A stretch of DNA of 61,274 bases, counting the filler. It is 6 parts of 6 records of this genome, joined end to end, with 100 filler letters (N's around TTAATTAATTAA, not from the genome) between each part and the next. Parts side by side here need not be neighbours in the genome. Positions count along the whole stretch, not along the records: positions 24,477 to 46,794 come from DRR723986_15593; 5 more parts are not named here. One strand, given 5' to 3'. The notes beneath the pieces were generated by a model. That model made no database searches. It saw only the letters and a list, made by a program, of their open reading frames with translations, and was not told the origin of the DNA. This document shows positions 30,400 through 40,815 of the stretch, piece after piece. A program made the translations under genes and the position numbers. Numbering within the stretch: position 1 is the stretch's first letter; each line of letters begins with the position of its first letter.

Positions 30400-31254
30400 A
30401 TGAGTGGTATTCAAAGTCAAGTTTCAGATCAAACCAACCAATCGATTGCTATTCTGGGCGGTGCGACTGCGCAGTCCTATGGCGCGGTGAGTTTGAACGC
30501 CTTGCCGATTGTCCCTGATTCCCAGAATGCTGATGTTGGCTCGCCTTTTGCCAATGTGACTGATACAAGTATCCGAAGTGACAGTGCGACGATTTCGCAG
30601 ACCCCGGAAAAGTTTTTCGTAGACACCTCCGCTTCTTTTGCAAATGTGCGAACTGCTGCCTCCAATCTTCCAGAGGATTTGAGCGAGTCGCCCGATGGTT
30701 TTATTGAATCCAACATCGAGAATCCGGATTTGATGTCACGTTTCGAAAGCTCGGCGCTGGAGGATGAGGTTCTGCCCAATGTTCAACAAACTGTGGTTCC
30801 GGGTTCGACTTTGAATGCAGAGGACCCACTTGATGTGATTGAGCCTGGTGGTTCGGTGTTTTCCCTGCTCGATTTTATTGAGCAGGCGATTGCGCAGGCT
30901 GAAGCGTCCCAGCAGGAGTTCGGCGACACATTTGACGGTAGTCGTCAGGGTGAGTTTCGCGAGTTGCTGGTAGACACTGGCATGGCTCTCGGGTCTGAGA
31001 TTCGAGATTTTTTACAAGAGAACGTTGCAGGCGTGGGTCGTGAGCTGTTGTCAGACTCGATTGATGCAACGGGTGTTGAATTACTCGGTTCAGCCGCCGA
31101 ACCTTTGTTGGCCATTGATTACTATGCCAAGTCGGCGGAAGTGTTGAACGGTTTGATGGAAGCCGTGGGGCAGCCGATTGGTTCAATTTCTTTGCCTCAA
31201 TTGGGCCCCTTGCTCGCAGATCCCAGAGAGGAATTGTCAGCTTATCTCGGCTAG
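30400..31254 (+). CDS. Acidic hypothetical protein
   Basis: 284-aa ORF filling the intergenic space; no recognisable motif. Confidence 0.7.
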   Translation: MSGIQSQVSDQTNQSIAILGGATAQSYGAVSLNALPIVPDSQNADVGSPFANVTDTSIRSDSATISQTPEKFFVDTSASFANVRTAASNLPEDLSESPDGFIESNIENPDLMSRFESSALEDEVLPNVQQTVVPGSTLNAEDPLDVIEPGGSVFSLLDFIEQAIAQAEASQQEFGDTFDGSRQGEFRELLVDTGMALGSEIRDFLQENVAGVGRELLSDSIDATGVELLGSAAEPLLAIDYYAKSAEVLNGLMEAVGQPIGSISLPQLGPLLADPREELSAYLG

Positions 31255-31369
31255 GCAGGCAGTATCTTTAAAGGCCTAAAAGACTGCTTTTATCCCCCTT
31301 CCTAAGGATTTGACTCGTGATGACTTGGTTCAGAATAAAGACTGAACCACGTCAACGGCTAATCCAGTC

Positions 31370-32281
31370 ATGAACCACAATCACGAACAGTCCCCAGGCG
31401 AATCATCCACCGAGATGATCGAGATTTTGCTTTTCTCTCTGGGTGGACCGGAAACTTTCGGTCTGAATGTATTCAAGATTCGGGAAGTCACTGAGCTGTC
31501 GCTAGTCACCCAGATTCCCGGCCAGCAAGGCGCCATGAATGGCGTGATTTCACTGAGGGGGCAGGTACTACCTGTTGTCTCGCTTGGAGATGCCATTGGC
31601 ATGTCCAATGGCGAGCCTAACTCCAAAATGATTATTTCTGAATTTGCTTCTCGCTCTGTGGCTTTTGCCGTAACCGATGTTGACAAAATTATTCGAGTGC
31701 CTTGGTCAGATGTGAAACCTCCGCAAAAGTATGATTCAGAGGAGGGATCTGTGTTCGGCGTAGTGATGCTCGAGGATGGCAGCCTTGTTTCTCTGGTGGA
31801 TATTGAGAGCGTATGCCACCGCGTGTTGCCCGAAAAGGATGCGACACCCGTCAGTACGGGCTTTGAATTGAATAAGGCTGGACCGGTGTTCTTTGTAGAT
31901 GACTCGATTGTGGCACGCCGAAAAATCAGTGAAGTGTTAGACACCATGGGTTTGAAACACAGCCATGCGGTCAATGGTGTTGAGGCCGAACAGAAGTTGT
32001 TGGCGATTGCTTCCAGTGCGAATCAGAATGCAGAAGATTTGGAAGAGCGGGTTTCTTTGGTGTTGGTAGATGAAGAAATGCCAATCATGGATGGGTGCAC
32101 ATTGACCAGAAAACTGAAAAGCGATCCAAGATTCAAGAATATTCCAATCATCATGTACTCATCATTGACCTCTGAAGAGAACGCTCGACGAGGCATTGAA
32201 GCCGGGGTAAACATTTACGTTAAAAAGTTTGATTCGACCTCACTTTCCAACGCCATCGGTCAGCTTTTGGCGCACGCCTGA
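31370..32281 (+). CDS. cheV: Chemotaxis protein CheV (CheW + receiver)
   Basis: EILLF.L..FGLNVFKIREV, LRGQVLPV, VDDS..AR, DEEMP.MDG, SSL, KF. Confidence 0.88.
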   Translation: MNHNHEQSPGESSTEMIEILLFSLGGPETFGLNVFKIREVTELSLVTQIPGQQGAMNGVISLRGQVLPVVSLGDAIGMSNGEPNSKMIISEFASRSVAFAVTDVDKIIRVPWSDVKPPQKYDSEEGSVFGVVMLEDGSLVSLVDIESVCHRVLPEKDATPVSTGFELNKAGPVFFVDDSIVARRKISEVLDTMGLKHSHAVNGVEAEQKLLAIASSANQNAEDLEERVSLVLVDEEMPIMDGCTLTRKLKSDPRFKNIPIIMYSSLTSEENARRGIEAGVNIYVKKFDSTSLSNAIGQLLAHA

Positions 32282-32347
32282 TCCAAGCTATTTTTAAAGC
32301 GTTACACTTCGCTCATTCGATGTGAGTGTTTTTTGGGTGCAAGTGTC

Positions 32348-32971
32348 ATGTTTGAATTAATCGCCAATGACCTTCGGTCGAAAGGTTACAGCATTCAGAA
32401 AGATGCACTGCCGCCTCGTTTGATTTCGGAACTTTTGAACGTATTTGCTTCGATACCTTCTGAGGCGTTGAAACAGGCCGGGATTGGACGGGCCAATGAC
32501 CTACAAGCCAACCACGAAATTCGGCGCGATGAAATTGCGTGGATTGAAAGCACGCAAGGGGGTGCTGCGGCGCAGTGGCTTGAATTCAGTGCGCAGTTGC
32601 AGCAACACCTGAATCGCAGCTTGATGCTGGGCTTGTTTTCTTTTGAGTCACATTTTGCGCATTACGCCCCAGGAGCTTTCTACAAAACTCATCTAGACGC
32701 GTTTAAGGGACAGGCAAACCGGATATTGTCGGTCGTGCTGTATTTGAACCCTGAATGGGGTCCAGAAGATGGTGGTGAGATGATTCTGTATTGCGACCGT
32801 GGGACAGGTACCATTCTGGAAACTGTGAAGCCGCAGGGGGGCACCCTGGCTGTTTTCCTCAGTGAGGATTTTCCGCATGAAGTGCGTCCAGCCAAGCGCC
32901 ATCGCTACAGTATCGCAGGTTGGTATCGAGTCAATATGTCGAACACACTGCGTGTTGACCCTCCTGCTTGA
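32348..32971 (+). CDS. 2OG-Fe(II) oxygenase, prolyl-hydroxylase (SM-20/PPHD)-like
   Basis: IRRDEIAW, HLD, YLN, PHEV, RYSIAGW. Confidence 0.85.
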   Translation: MFELIANDLRSKGYSIQKDALPPRLISELLNVFASIPSEALKQAGIGRANDLQANHEIRRDEIAWIESTQGGAAAQWLEFSAQLQQHLNRSLMLGLFSFESHFAHYAPGAFYKTHLDAFKGQANRILSVVLYLNPEWGPEDGGEMILYCDRGTGTILETVKPQGGTLAVFLSEDFPHEVRPAKRHRYSIAGWYRVNMSNTLRVDPPA

Positions 32972-32990
32972 AGCGCCCAACACCGAGGGG

Positions 32991-33626
32991 TCACCAGCGT
33001 AATAGTTTGGGCCCCAGAACGGCACCTAACACACCGCACAACGCTATCCCCAAGGTGTACCAGACTGCGATAAAGGGTGCAGCGGGTTCCGTACACGCCA
33101 ATGCATAAACCAAAGCGGCCACTGCACCAGAGAACAGCCCACAAGCTGCGCCAGAGGAAACCAGCTTGGTAGGCGCGAATCCTCGCATGGCCCAAAAGGA
33201 GCCTGCCATCACTGGAAGTGACAGTGCCAGTATGGCCCAAGGGCAGACCAGCCAGGAATGCCCCAAGAGAGCCGATGCCCTTTCAGAAACAGGCGTGCCC
33301 AAGTACGACAGTATCCCTGCCATTAGCATGATCGACACTACACCAACCACTGCAGAAGTCGCTTGTTTGCCAGATGCACCTGGTCTACCCAGACGAGCAA
33401 ACAGCCAACCAGCCGAGATTGCCAAGGCGCTGGCATAGCCAATTTTTATCCAAGGGCCTGACTCAGAAAACATCTCACTCGGTATCAGCCCAAGAATGCC
33501 CAACACGATGGCCGCGGCAATAAGGCCTCCGGCCACAGCTGCAGGCACCAAGCGACTCATTACAGATACTTTAGGAGCTGGACCAGCCTGGTTGGCAATC
33601 ATGGTAATCAGATCGTCTGTCTTCAT
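32991..33626 (-). CDS. nrsF: NrsF (DUF1109) membrane anti-sigma factor
   Basis: MKTDDLI, about six TM segments, WLVCP, APT, YALACTE..PFIAVWY; overlaps the sigma gene. Confidence 0.88.
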   Translation of the reverse strand: MKTDDLITMIANQAGPAPKVSVMSRLVPAAVAGGLIAAAIVLGILGLIPSEMFSESGPWIKIGYASALAISAGWLFARLGRPGASGKQATSAVVGVVSIMLMAGILSYLGTPVSERASALLGHSWLVCPWAILALSLPVMAGSFWAMRGFAPTKLVSSGAACGLFSGAVAALVYALACTEPAAPFIAVWYTLGIALCGVLGAVLGPKLLRW

Positions 33627-34204
33627 ATTTCACTCCTGACCAAAGCTGTCAGTTGTTTCAATCCCCGATGCACTTGCACCTTCAAAGCCGCCACTGATAT
33701 ACCACTGCGCTCAGAGGCCTCAATCATCGACAGACCTTCAATTTTGGTCAGTAGGATGGCCTGTCTTTGCAATGCCGGCAGTTGTTCAAGCAGTACTGCC
33801 AAATCGCGTTTCGAAGGCAGTTCCTCTTGCGTGAACGGATGTTGATCCTCGGTCAACTCATCAAGAGAATCATTAAAATTGTCTCGTCGACCGCGTCTAC
33901 GCCACAAATCCACCAACTTGTGCCTTGCAATCGCAAACACCCAACTACTCACGGGCAATGTCTCGTCATAAGTGCCTCGTTGAATGTGTAAAGCCAACAA
34001 GGTCTCTTGTACCAAATCTTCCACCTCGTCAGGCAAGGCCTGAAGCCTGCGCCCGTAAAAACGTCGCAGGCGCTGGGCAATCTTGGACAGCGCTTCCCGG
34101 TAGGCAGCGTTATCCCCACTTTGCGCGCGTATCCACAGGGGTTTGAGCGACAGCTCAAAGTCATCCTGAGGGGGTGCAGAATTGGATTCGCTGGGAGAAG
34201 TCAT
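33623..34204 (-). CDS. ECF sigma factor, SigF/ECF16-like (start uncertain)
   Basis: GD.AAY, EDLVQETLLALH..R.TYD, W.FAIARHKLVD, KVQVHRGLK. Confidence 0.88.
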   Translation of the reverse strand: MTSPSESNSAPPQDDFELSLKPLWIRAQSGDNAAYREALSKIAQRLRRFYGRRLQALPDEVEDLVQETLLALHIQRGTYDETLPVSSWVFAIARHKLVDLWRRRGRRDNFNDSLDELTEDQHPFTQEELPSKRDLAVLLEQLPALQRQAILLTKIEGLSMIEASERSGISVAALKVQVHRGLKQLTALVRSEI

Positions 34205-34212
34205 TCGGTTAC
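34187..34212 (-). promoter_or_regulatory. SigF-type promoter GTAACC-N16-CGAA
   Basis: Minus strand reads GTAACC gaatgacttctcccag CGAA. Confidence 0.6.
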
Positions 34213-34280
34213 AAAGACATGCTTTTAATTGTTTCCAGACACTACCACACTTCAATTGCGGCTTGCAGGCTGCGGGGTGA

Positions 34281-35462
<1,182 letters not shown>

Positions 35463-35463
35463 T

Positions 35464-36300
35464 ATGAAACTACTCAGTAGTATTCAATGTTTCGGTGGTC
35501 TGCAAAACCAGTATGAACACCAGTCCCACACACTGAACTGCACCATGCAGTTCAGTGTATATTTGCCGCCTCAAGCCCAGGCGGGGCAAAGGGTACCTGT
35601 GGTCTATTGGTTATCTGGATTGACCTGTACTGATCAAAACTTTGCTACCAAGGCAGGTGCCCAGCGAGTTGCAGCTGAGTTGGGCATTGCTGTGGTCATG
35701 CCTGACACCAGCCCCCGTGGCGAAGATGTACCGGATGATGCCGACAAGGCCTACGATTTTGGATTGGGTGCCGGCTTCTATGTCGATGCGACCGAGGTGC
35801 CTTGGCACGCACACTACAAAATGTACAGCTATGTTGTTGATGAGTTACCGACCCTGATTGAAGAACACTTACACGTCAGTCGGCTGAAGTCAGTGTTCGG
35901 CCATTCGATGGGCGGGCATGGCGCGCTCACGATTGCATTGAATAATCCGGATCGCTATGAGTCTGTTAGTGCTTTCTCCCCCATCGTGAGTCCAATGCAG
36001 TGCCCGTGGGGGCAAAAAGCGTTGACGCTCTATCTTGGCGAAAACCCGGTTGCGTGGCAACGCCATGATACTGTGGCCTTGATTCGCGCAGGCGCCGAAC
36101 AACTGCCTATGCTGATTGATCAGGGATTGGCAGACAACTTTCTGGCTTCTCAATTGAAAACTGAATTGTTGGAGGCTGCATTAAAGGAAACAGGCTATCA
36201 AGCCGAAGTTCGTTATCAGGCGGGGTACGACCACAGCTATTACTTTATTGCGACCTTCATTGAAGATCACCTGCGTTTTCATGCGCGGTATCTGAAATAA
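35464..36300 (+). CDS. fghA: S-formylglutathione hydrolase
   Basis: WLSGLTC, PDTSPRG, GAGFY, GHSMGG, YDHSYYF. Confidence 0.95.
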   Translation: MKLLSSIQCFGGLQNQYEHQSHTLNCTMQFSVYLPPQAQAGQRVPVVYWLSGLTCTDQNFATKAGAQRVAAELGIAVVMPDTSPRGEDVPDDADKAYDFGLGAGFYVDATEVPWHAHYKMYSYVVDELPTLIEEHLHVSRLKSVFGHSMGGHGALTIALNNPDRYESVSAFSPIVSPMQCPWGQKALTLYLGENPVAWQRHDTVALIRAGAEQLPMLIDQGLADNFLASQLKTELLEAALKETGYQAEVRYQAGYDHSYYFIATFIEDHLRFHARYLK

Positions 36301-36347
36301 GCCCGTCGCGCGTTGTTGAAACCATATAAAAACAGGATGAGATTCAG

Positions 36348-37415
36348 ATGAGCAAATCACTGAGGTTGTCGGAAAAATGGTTTCGTCGCGGTCTGTGGCT
36401 TGTTGCAGTGGTTTTTGCATGGTTCTTGATCGGTTTGGGCGGCACGCTCGTGGGCGATCTACCCCAAATTGAGCAAACTCAAACGCTCGAAGATTTCATG
36501 GATCCTATCGAACTGAAGGCAGTTCGCGAGCAGATCCGAAAGACGGAACTGAATGAGCGTGAGGTCAGTGATGCTCTGGAGCAGTCGAGGCTGAAACACA
36601 GTGCTGCCGAAGCGGACACCGATTCCGAACGCGAGAAGTTTATGGCATGGGTGGCAACCCGTAAAGCCACCGCGCTGCCTGAACAGGACAAAGAACTGAT
36701 TGCAAGAACCGAGCGCGTTGACAATTTACAGGCCCTGGAACGAGTGGCCTTGGCTCAGTTGGAAATGCAGCAGAAGCTGCTGCTGGATGCACAGCAGGCA
36801 AACCGGAAGGCTCAATCACGTTTGAACGAACTGGAGCGTGCCGCGCAGGGTGAATTTACTCAGGCTATTCAAAGCCAGGAATTGCGCGTTTTCGCTTATC
36901 GCCTCGCGTTGACCTTACCCCTCCTGTTGGTGGCAGGCTGGCTGTATAAAACCAAACGTCAAAGTACGTATTGGCCGTTTGTGTGGGGTTTTATTTATTT
37001 TGCCTTGTTTGTATTTTTTGTAGAACTGGTACCTTATTTACCCAGCTACGGCGGTTACATTCGTTACCTCGTTGGCATCCTGATCACGGTGCTGGTAGGG
37101 CGTCAGGCCATTCTCGCCTTGAACCGCTATCTGGAGCAGCAGCGATTGGCCGAAGCTCAGCCGGAAACAAAGCGACGTGAGGTTCTGGATTACGACACCG
37201 CGCTGTCGCGTTTGCTCAAAGGGATTTGCCCTGGCTGTGAACGAGCAGTCGATCTCAAAGATCCAAGTATTGATTTTTGCCCACATTGTGGAATCGGTCT
37301 TCATGACAAGTGCACCGCCTGTCATTCTCGCAAAAGCACCTTTTCGAAGTACTGTCATACCTGTGGAACTTGCGCGCGTTTGCCAGAGCTCCCCGAGCAG
37401 TCGGCACAGTCTTAG
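36348..37415 (+). CDS. Membrane protein with coiled coil and C-terminal double zinc ribbon
   Basis: N-terminal TM, helical region, three TMs, CPGC/CPHC/CTAC/CHTC. Confidence 0.8.
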   Translation: MSKSLRLSEKWFRRGLWLVAVVFAWFLIGLGGTLVGDLPQIEQTQTLEDFMDPIELKAVREQIRKTELNEREVSDALEQSRLKHSAAEADTDSEREKFMAWVATRKATALPEQDKELIARTERVDNLQALERVALAQLEMQQKLLLDAQQANRKAQSRLNELERAAQGEFTQAIQSQELRVFAYRLALTLPLLLVAGWLYKTKRQSTYWPFVWGFIYFALFVFFVELVPYLPSYGGYIRYLVGILITVLVGRQAILALNRYLEQQRLAEAQPETKRREVLDYDTALSRLLKGICPGCERAVDLKDPSIDFCPHCGIGLHDKCTACHSRKSTFSKYCHTCGTCARLPELPEQSAQS

Positions 37416-37732
37416 TCTGGGGCAGGGTATTTGAGCGCGTTTTTGATCAGTTTCTTTTGGGCTGCGTCAATGGGGTCAATGTGTAGCTGGTTACAAATTT
37501 GTAGCAAATAAAGTAGCACGTCTGCAACCTCGTCTTTGATTTCGTCGAGCTTGTGAGTCTCGACGTTTCGAGATTCTTCTTCGGTTAGCCATTGAAAGTG
37601 TTCAAGCAATTCGGCCACTTCGACCGACAATGCCATGCTGAGATTCTTTGGGGAATGGAATTTTTCCCAATGTCGCGCATTGGAAAATTCGATCAATTGT
37701 TGTTGAAGTTTTTTGAGGCTGTCTGTGCTCAT
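37412..37732 (-). CDS. MazG-like nucleotide pyrophosphohydrolase
   Basis: RHWEKFHSPKNLSMALSVEVAELLEHFQW, EVADV, KYP. Confidence 0.9.
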   Translation of the reverse strand: MSTDSLKKLQQQLIEFSNARHWEKFHSPKNLSMALSVEVAELLEHFQWLTEEESRNVETHKLDEIKDEVADVLLYLLQICNQLHIDPIDAAQKKLIKNALKYPAPD

Positions 37733-37746
37733 GCCCTGAGAGTATC

Positions 37747-37778
37747 AAAAAAAACGCCAGCTTTTGGCTGGCGTTTTT
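37747..37778 (-). terminator. Intrinsic terminator after the OYE gene
   Basis: A8-CGCCAGC-TTTTG-GCTGGCG-T5. Confidence 0.75.
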
Positions 37779-37781
37779 CAT

Positions 37782-38912
37782 TTATGCGGCAAGTGATGGG
37801 TAATCAATGTAGCCCTCTGGTCCTGGCGCGTAATAAGTTTGCGGATTGCCCTGTGCCAAGGGGGCGTTCAGTTTCAGGCGTTGCACCAGATCTGGGTTGG
37901 CAATATATGCCCGGCCAAAAGAAACCGCGTCGGCCCAGCCCGTTTCCAAAGCGTTGATCGCCATTTCACGGGTGTAACCGTTGTTCACGATGTAAGTGCC
38001 TTTGAATGTTTTACGGGCCCATGCATAATCGAAACCCGGCACGTTGCGGTCACCGCCAGTCGAGCCTTCAATCATGTGAATGAAACCGATTCCTCGATGG
38101 TTCAGTTGTTCAATCAGGTAGCCAAATACCGCTTGAGGGTTGCTGTCGCTCAAATCGTTGAATGGCGTTACTGGTGAAAGCCGAATGCCAACTTTGTCTG
38201 CACCAATTTCAGCAATCACTGCATCGACCACTTCGAGGGCAAATCGAGCACGGTTTTCAAAAGAGCCACCGTATTGATCGGTACGTTTGTTGGCGCCGTC
38301 ACGCAAAAACTGGTCAATCAAATAACCATTTGCGCCGTGAATTTCCACGCCATCAAAGCCAGCCTTGATAGCGTTGGCCGCACCTTGGCGATACTCGTTC
38401 ACGACCACTTTGATTTCCTCTGCGGTCAGTTCATGAGGCACCGGCACGTCCACTTTTCCATTGTGGGTGTAGGCAACCACATTGGGTTTGATCGCAGACG
38501 GGGCAATTGGATCCAATCCACCAGTCAGGTCAGGGTGTGTGATACGGCCAACATGCCAAATCTGGGCAATAATCTTGCTGCCTGCCGCGTGCACGGCCTC
38601 GGTAATCGCCTTCCAGCCCTGTACTTGTGCTTCAGAATATATTCCGGGAGTCGCCATATAGCCTTTCCCGGCGGGCGAAACCTGTGTTCCTTCGCTGATG
38701 ATCAAGCCTGCATTGGCTCGTTGCCGGTAGTATTCAATGTTCATGTCGCTGCCGGGAATGTCGCCGGATGCTTCGTCTGATCGACAACGGGTTAATGGGG
38801 CCATGACCACCCGGTTCTTCACCTCGATACCGCCGATTTTTCCAGGCTGAAACAGTGTCAAATCATCCACGTTGGCAATCTGTTCATTCACATGTGGTGT
38901 GGGTGCATTCAT
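37782..38912 (-). CDS. Alkene reductase (old yellow enzyme, NemA-like)
   Basis: MAPLTR.R, QIWHVGR, EIHGANGYL.DQF, RTDQYGGS, ANPDL. Confidence 0.93.
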   Translation of the reverse strand: MNAPTPHVNEQIANVDDLTLFQPGKIGGIEVKNRVVMAPLTRCRSDEASGDIPGSDMNIEYYRQRANAGLIISEGTQVSPAGKGYMATPGIYSEAQVQGWKAITEAVHAAGSKIIAQIWHVGRITHPDLTGGLDPIAPSAIKPNVVAYTHNGKVDVPVPHELTAEEIKVVVNEYRQGAANAIKAGFDGVEIHGANGYLIDQFLRDGANKRTDQYGGSFENRARFALEVVDAVIAEIGADKVGIRLSPVTPFNDLSDSNPQAVFGYLIEQLNHRGIGFIHMIEGSTGGDRNVPGFDYAWARKTFKGTYIVNNGYTREMAINALETGWADAVSFGRAYIANPDLVQRLKLNAPLAQGNPQTYYAPGPEGYIDYPSLAA

Positions 38913-39035
38913 TCGCTGGTACTCCTCTTGTGTTGCAGTGCAATGTCGCCCATTATGCGCATTCAAAGTTCATGGATCTACGGAACAGTTGTTATAGTAT
39001 TTATTCCTCAGAGGAATATACAAAGGAATCAAACC

Positions 39036-39962
39036 TTGGACCGCTTAAAGTTGATGGAAACATTCGTCCGGGTGGTGGAAACAGGCAACTTCTCGGCGGT
39101 GGCCCGGCAGGCCCACACAACTCAGTCAGCGATTAGCAAACAGGTACAGGCTTTGGAGGCTGATGTTGGTGCCTTGTTACTGGTTCGATCCACTCGAAGC
39201 CATTCATTGACAGAGGCGGGACGTCTCTACTATCAACGATGCCGGCAGGTGCTTGATACTCTGGAAGAGGCTCGCAGTGAAGTGCATCGCGCTGAACACG
39301 AGGTCAGCGGCCTGCTGAGAGTGGCTGCACCTGTTGCTTTTGGGCGAATTCATATCGTGCCCCGACTCGCCGCATTCTATGAGCGATATCCAAGAATGCG
39401 TATTGATCTGCAACTGGACGATAGTTTTGTTGATTTGGTTGCAGCAGGCATTGACGTGGCCTTTCGTGTGGGAGAACTAAAGGACAGTCGCCTGATTGCA
39501 AGACGTATCGGTTCTGTGGCCAGAGCGGTCATCGTATCGGCTGACTACCTGACGCGGCATGGCACTCCACAAAAACCTGATGATTTAAGTGAGCACAATT
39601 GCCTGCTTTACACCGGTATTGACAATTTCAATGAATGGACTTTTTACGGCAGCAAAGACAACGCTATTAACGTGCGCGTGGGCAGTAACTTTCAATCAAA
39701 TAGTTCCGAGGCGATTCGCCAGGGGGTTCTCGAGGGCTTGGGTATCTGTTACTCGCCCACCTGGATTTATGGTCGCGACATTCGTAAGGGCAGTGTCAAA
39801 ACTATATTGAACGAGTTCAAGCCCAGTACCTTGCCACTGAATGTCGTGTATCAACCTGAGCGTCGCCCGTCTATCAAGATCAGTAGTTTTGTGAATTTTT
39901 TTACAGAGGCGTTTAACCAAGATCCTGATTTGTCTGCAGTGATTCGTTCCTATAAAGCTTGA
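39036..39962 (+). CDS. LysR family regulator (CrgA-like), divergent from OYE
   Basis: FVRVVETGNFS..AR..TQSAISKQV..LE, RSTR, LTEAG; probable TTG start. Confidence 0.92.
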   Translation: MDRLKLMETFVRVVETGNFSAVARQAHTTQSAISKQVQALEADVGALLLVRSTRSHSLTEAGRLYYQRCRQVLDTLEEARSEVHRAEHEVSGLLRVAAPVAFGRIHIVPRLAAFYERYPRMRIDLQLDDSFVDLVAAGIDVAFRVGELKDSRLIARRIGSVARAVIVSADYLTRHGTPQKPDDLSEHNCLLYTGIDNFNEWTFYGSKDNAINVRVGSNFQSNSSEAIRQGVLEGLGICYSPTWIYGRDIRKGSVKTILNEFKPSTLPLNVVYQPERRPSIKISSFVNFFTEAFNQDPDLSAVIRSYKA

Positions 39963-40815
39963 GTAGACCTTCCAAGGCCAGTAAACCGAGCGCAAGCCAA
40001 ATGGCAATGTAAGTAGGCCATTCTTGCTTGGCGATTGACTCGCCGATCAAGAATGCAACAATCACCAAAAGCACCGGCTCGACGTAGCCCAGCAAGCCAA
40101 ACAGACTGAATGGCAACATTCGACTCGACAGAATGTAAGCAATCAAGGCAGAGGCGCTTAACACGCCCAACAAGACAATCAGTAAAGGTAGCTGAAGTTG
40201 TAAGCCCGTCATTTGATCCAGGCCATCGCCGCTCAGAGCGAAATAAATGGCAAGCGGTGACATCAGTAGCATGTCAAACCATAAGCCGCCCAAGTGATCT
40301 ATTTTGAATTTGGATCGCAGCACGAAATAATAGGGATAACCCAAGCACACCAAAAGAGAAGTCCAAGCGAATCCCCCCGCTTGAATCACTGCGTTTGTGA
40401 CGCCAAGTAGTGCTAACAGGACTGCCAGTTTTTGCAGTTGACTCAGTTTGTCTTTGTAATACAGACGACCAATCAATACCATCACCAAGGGCATCATGAA
40501 GTAGCCAAGCGAAACATTCATGGCATGCCCGTGCAAAGGCGCCCAAAGGAACAACCACAGCTGTATACCCAAAAGCAGGGACGATGCCGGCAAGGCCAGA
40601 TAAAGCTTCCACTCGGTTTTAAGGCGCAGCACAATTGATTTGATCAAACCCCAGTCATTGGTAAAGATCAAGAACAGCGTCATCACAGGCAGGGTCAGCA
40701 ACATTCTCCAGCCGTAAATTTCCTCTCCATTCAATGGTTCAAGCAGGGTGGTGTAGTAGTACATGGTGCCGAACAGCACCGAAGCCAAAATGGAGAGAAA
40801 AATGCCTTTTTGCAT
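39913..40815 (-). CDS. rarD: EamA family transporter RarD
   Basis: About ten TM segments; QLWLFLWAP, SLGYF..PL, GLLGYVEP. Confidence 0.88.
   Translation of the reverse strand: MQKGIFLSILASVLFGTMYYYTTLLEPLNGEEIYGWRMLLTLPVMTLFLIFTNDWGLIKSIVLRLKTEWKLYLALPASSLLLGIQLWLFLWAPLHGHAMNVSLGYFMMPLVMVLIGRLYYKDKLSQLQKLAVLLALLGVTNAVIQAGGFAWTSLLVCLGYPYYFVLRSKFKIDHLGGLWFDMLLMSPLAIYFALSGDGLDQMTGLQLQLPLLIVLLGVLSASALIAYILSSRMLPFSLFGLLGYVEPVLLVIVAFLIGESIAKQEWPTYIAIWLALGLLALEGLLKLYRNESLQTNQDLG

Noticed and set aside
37412..37732. MazG-like gene as part of an anti-phage island
   Set aside because: No other defence or mobility genes nearby; a housecleaning role is sufficient
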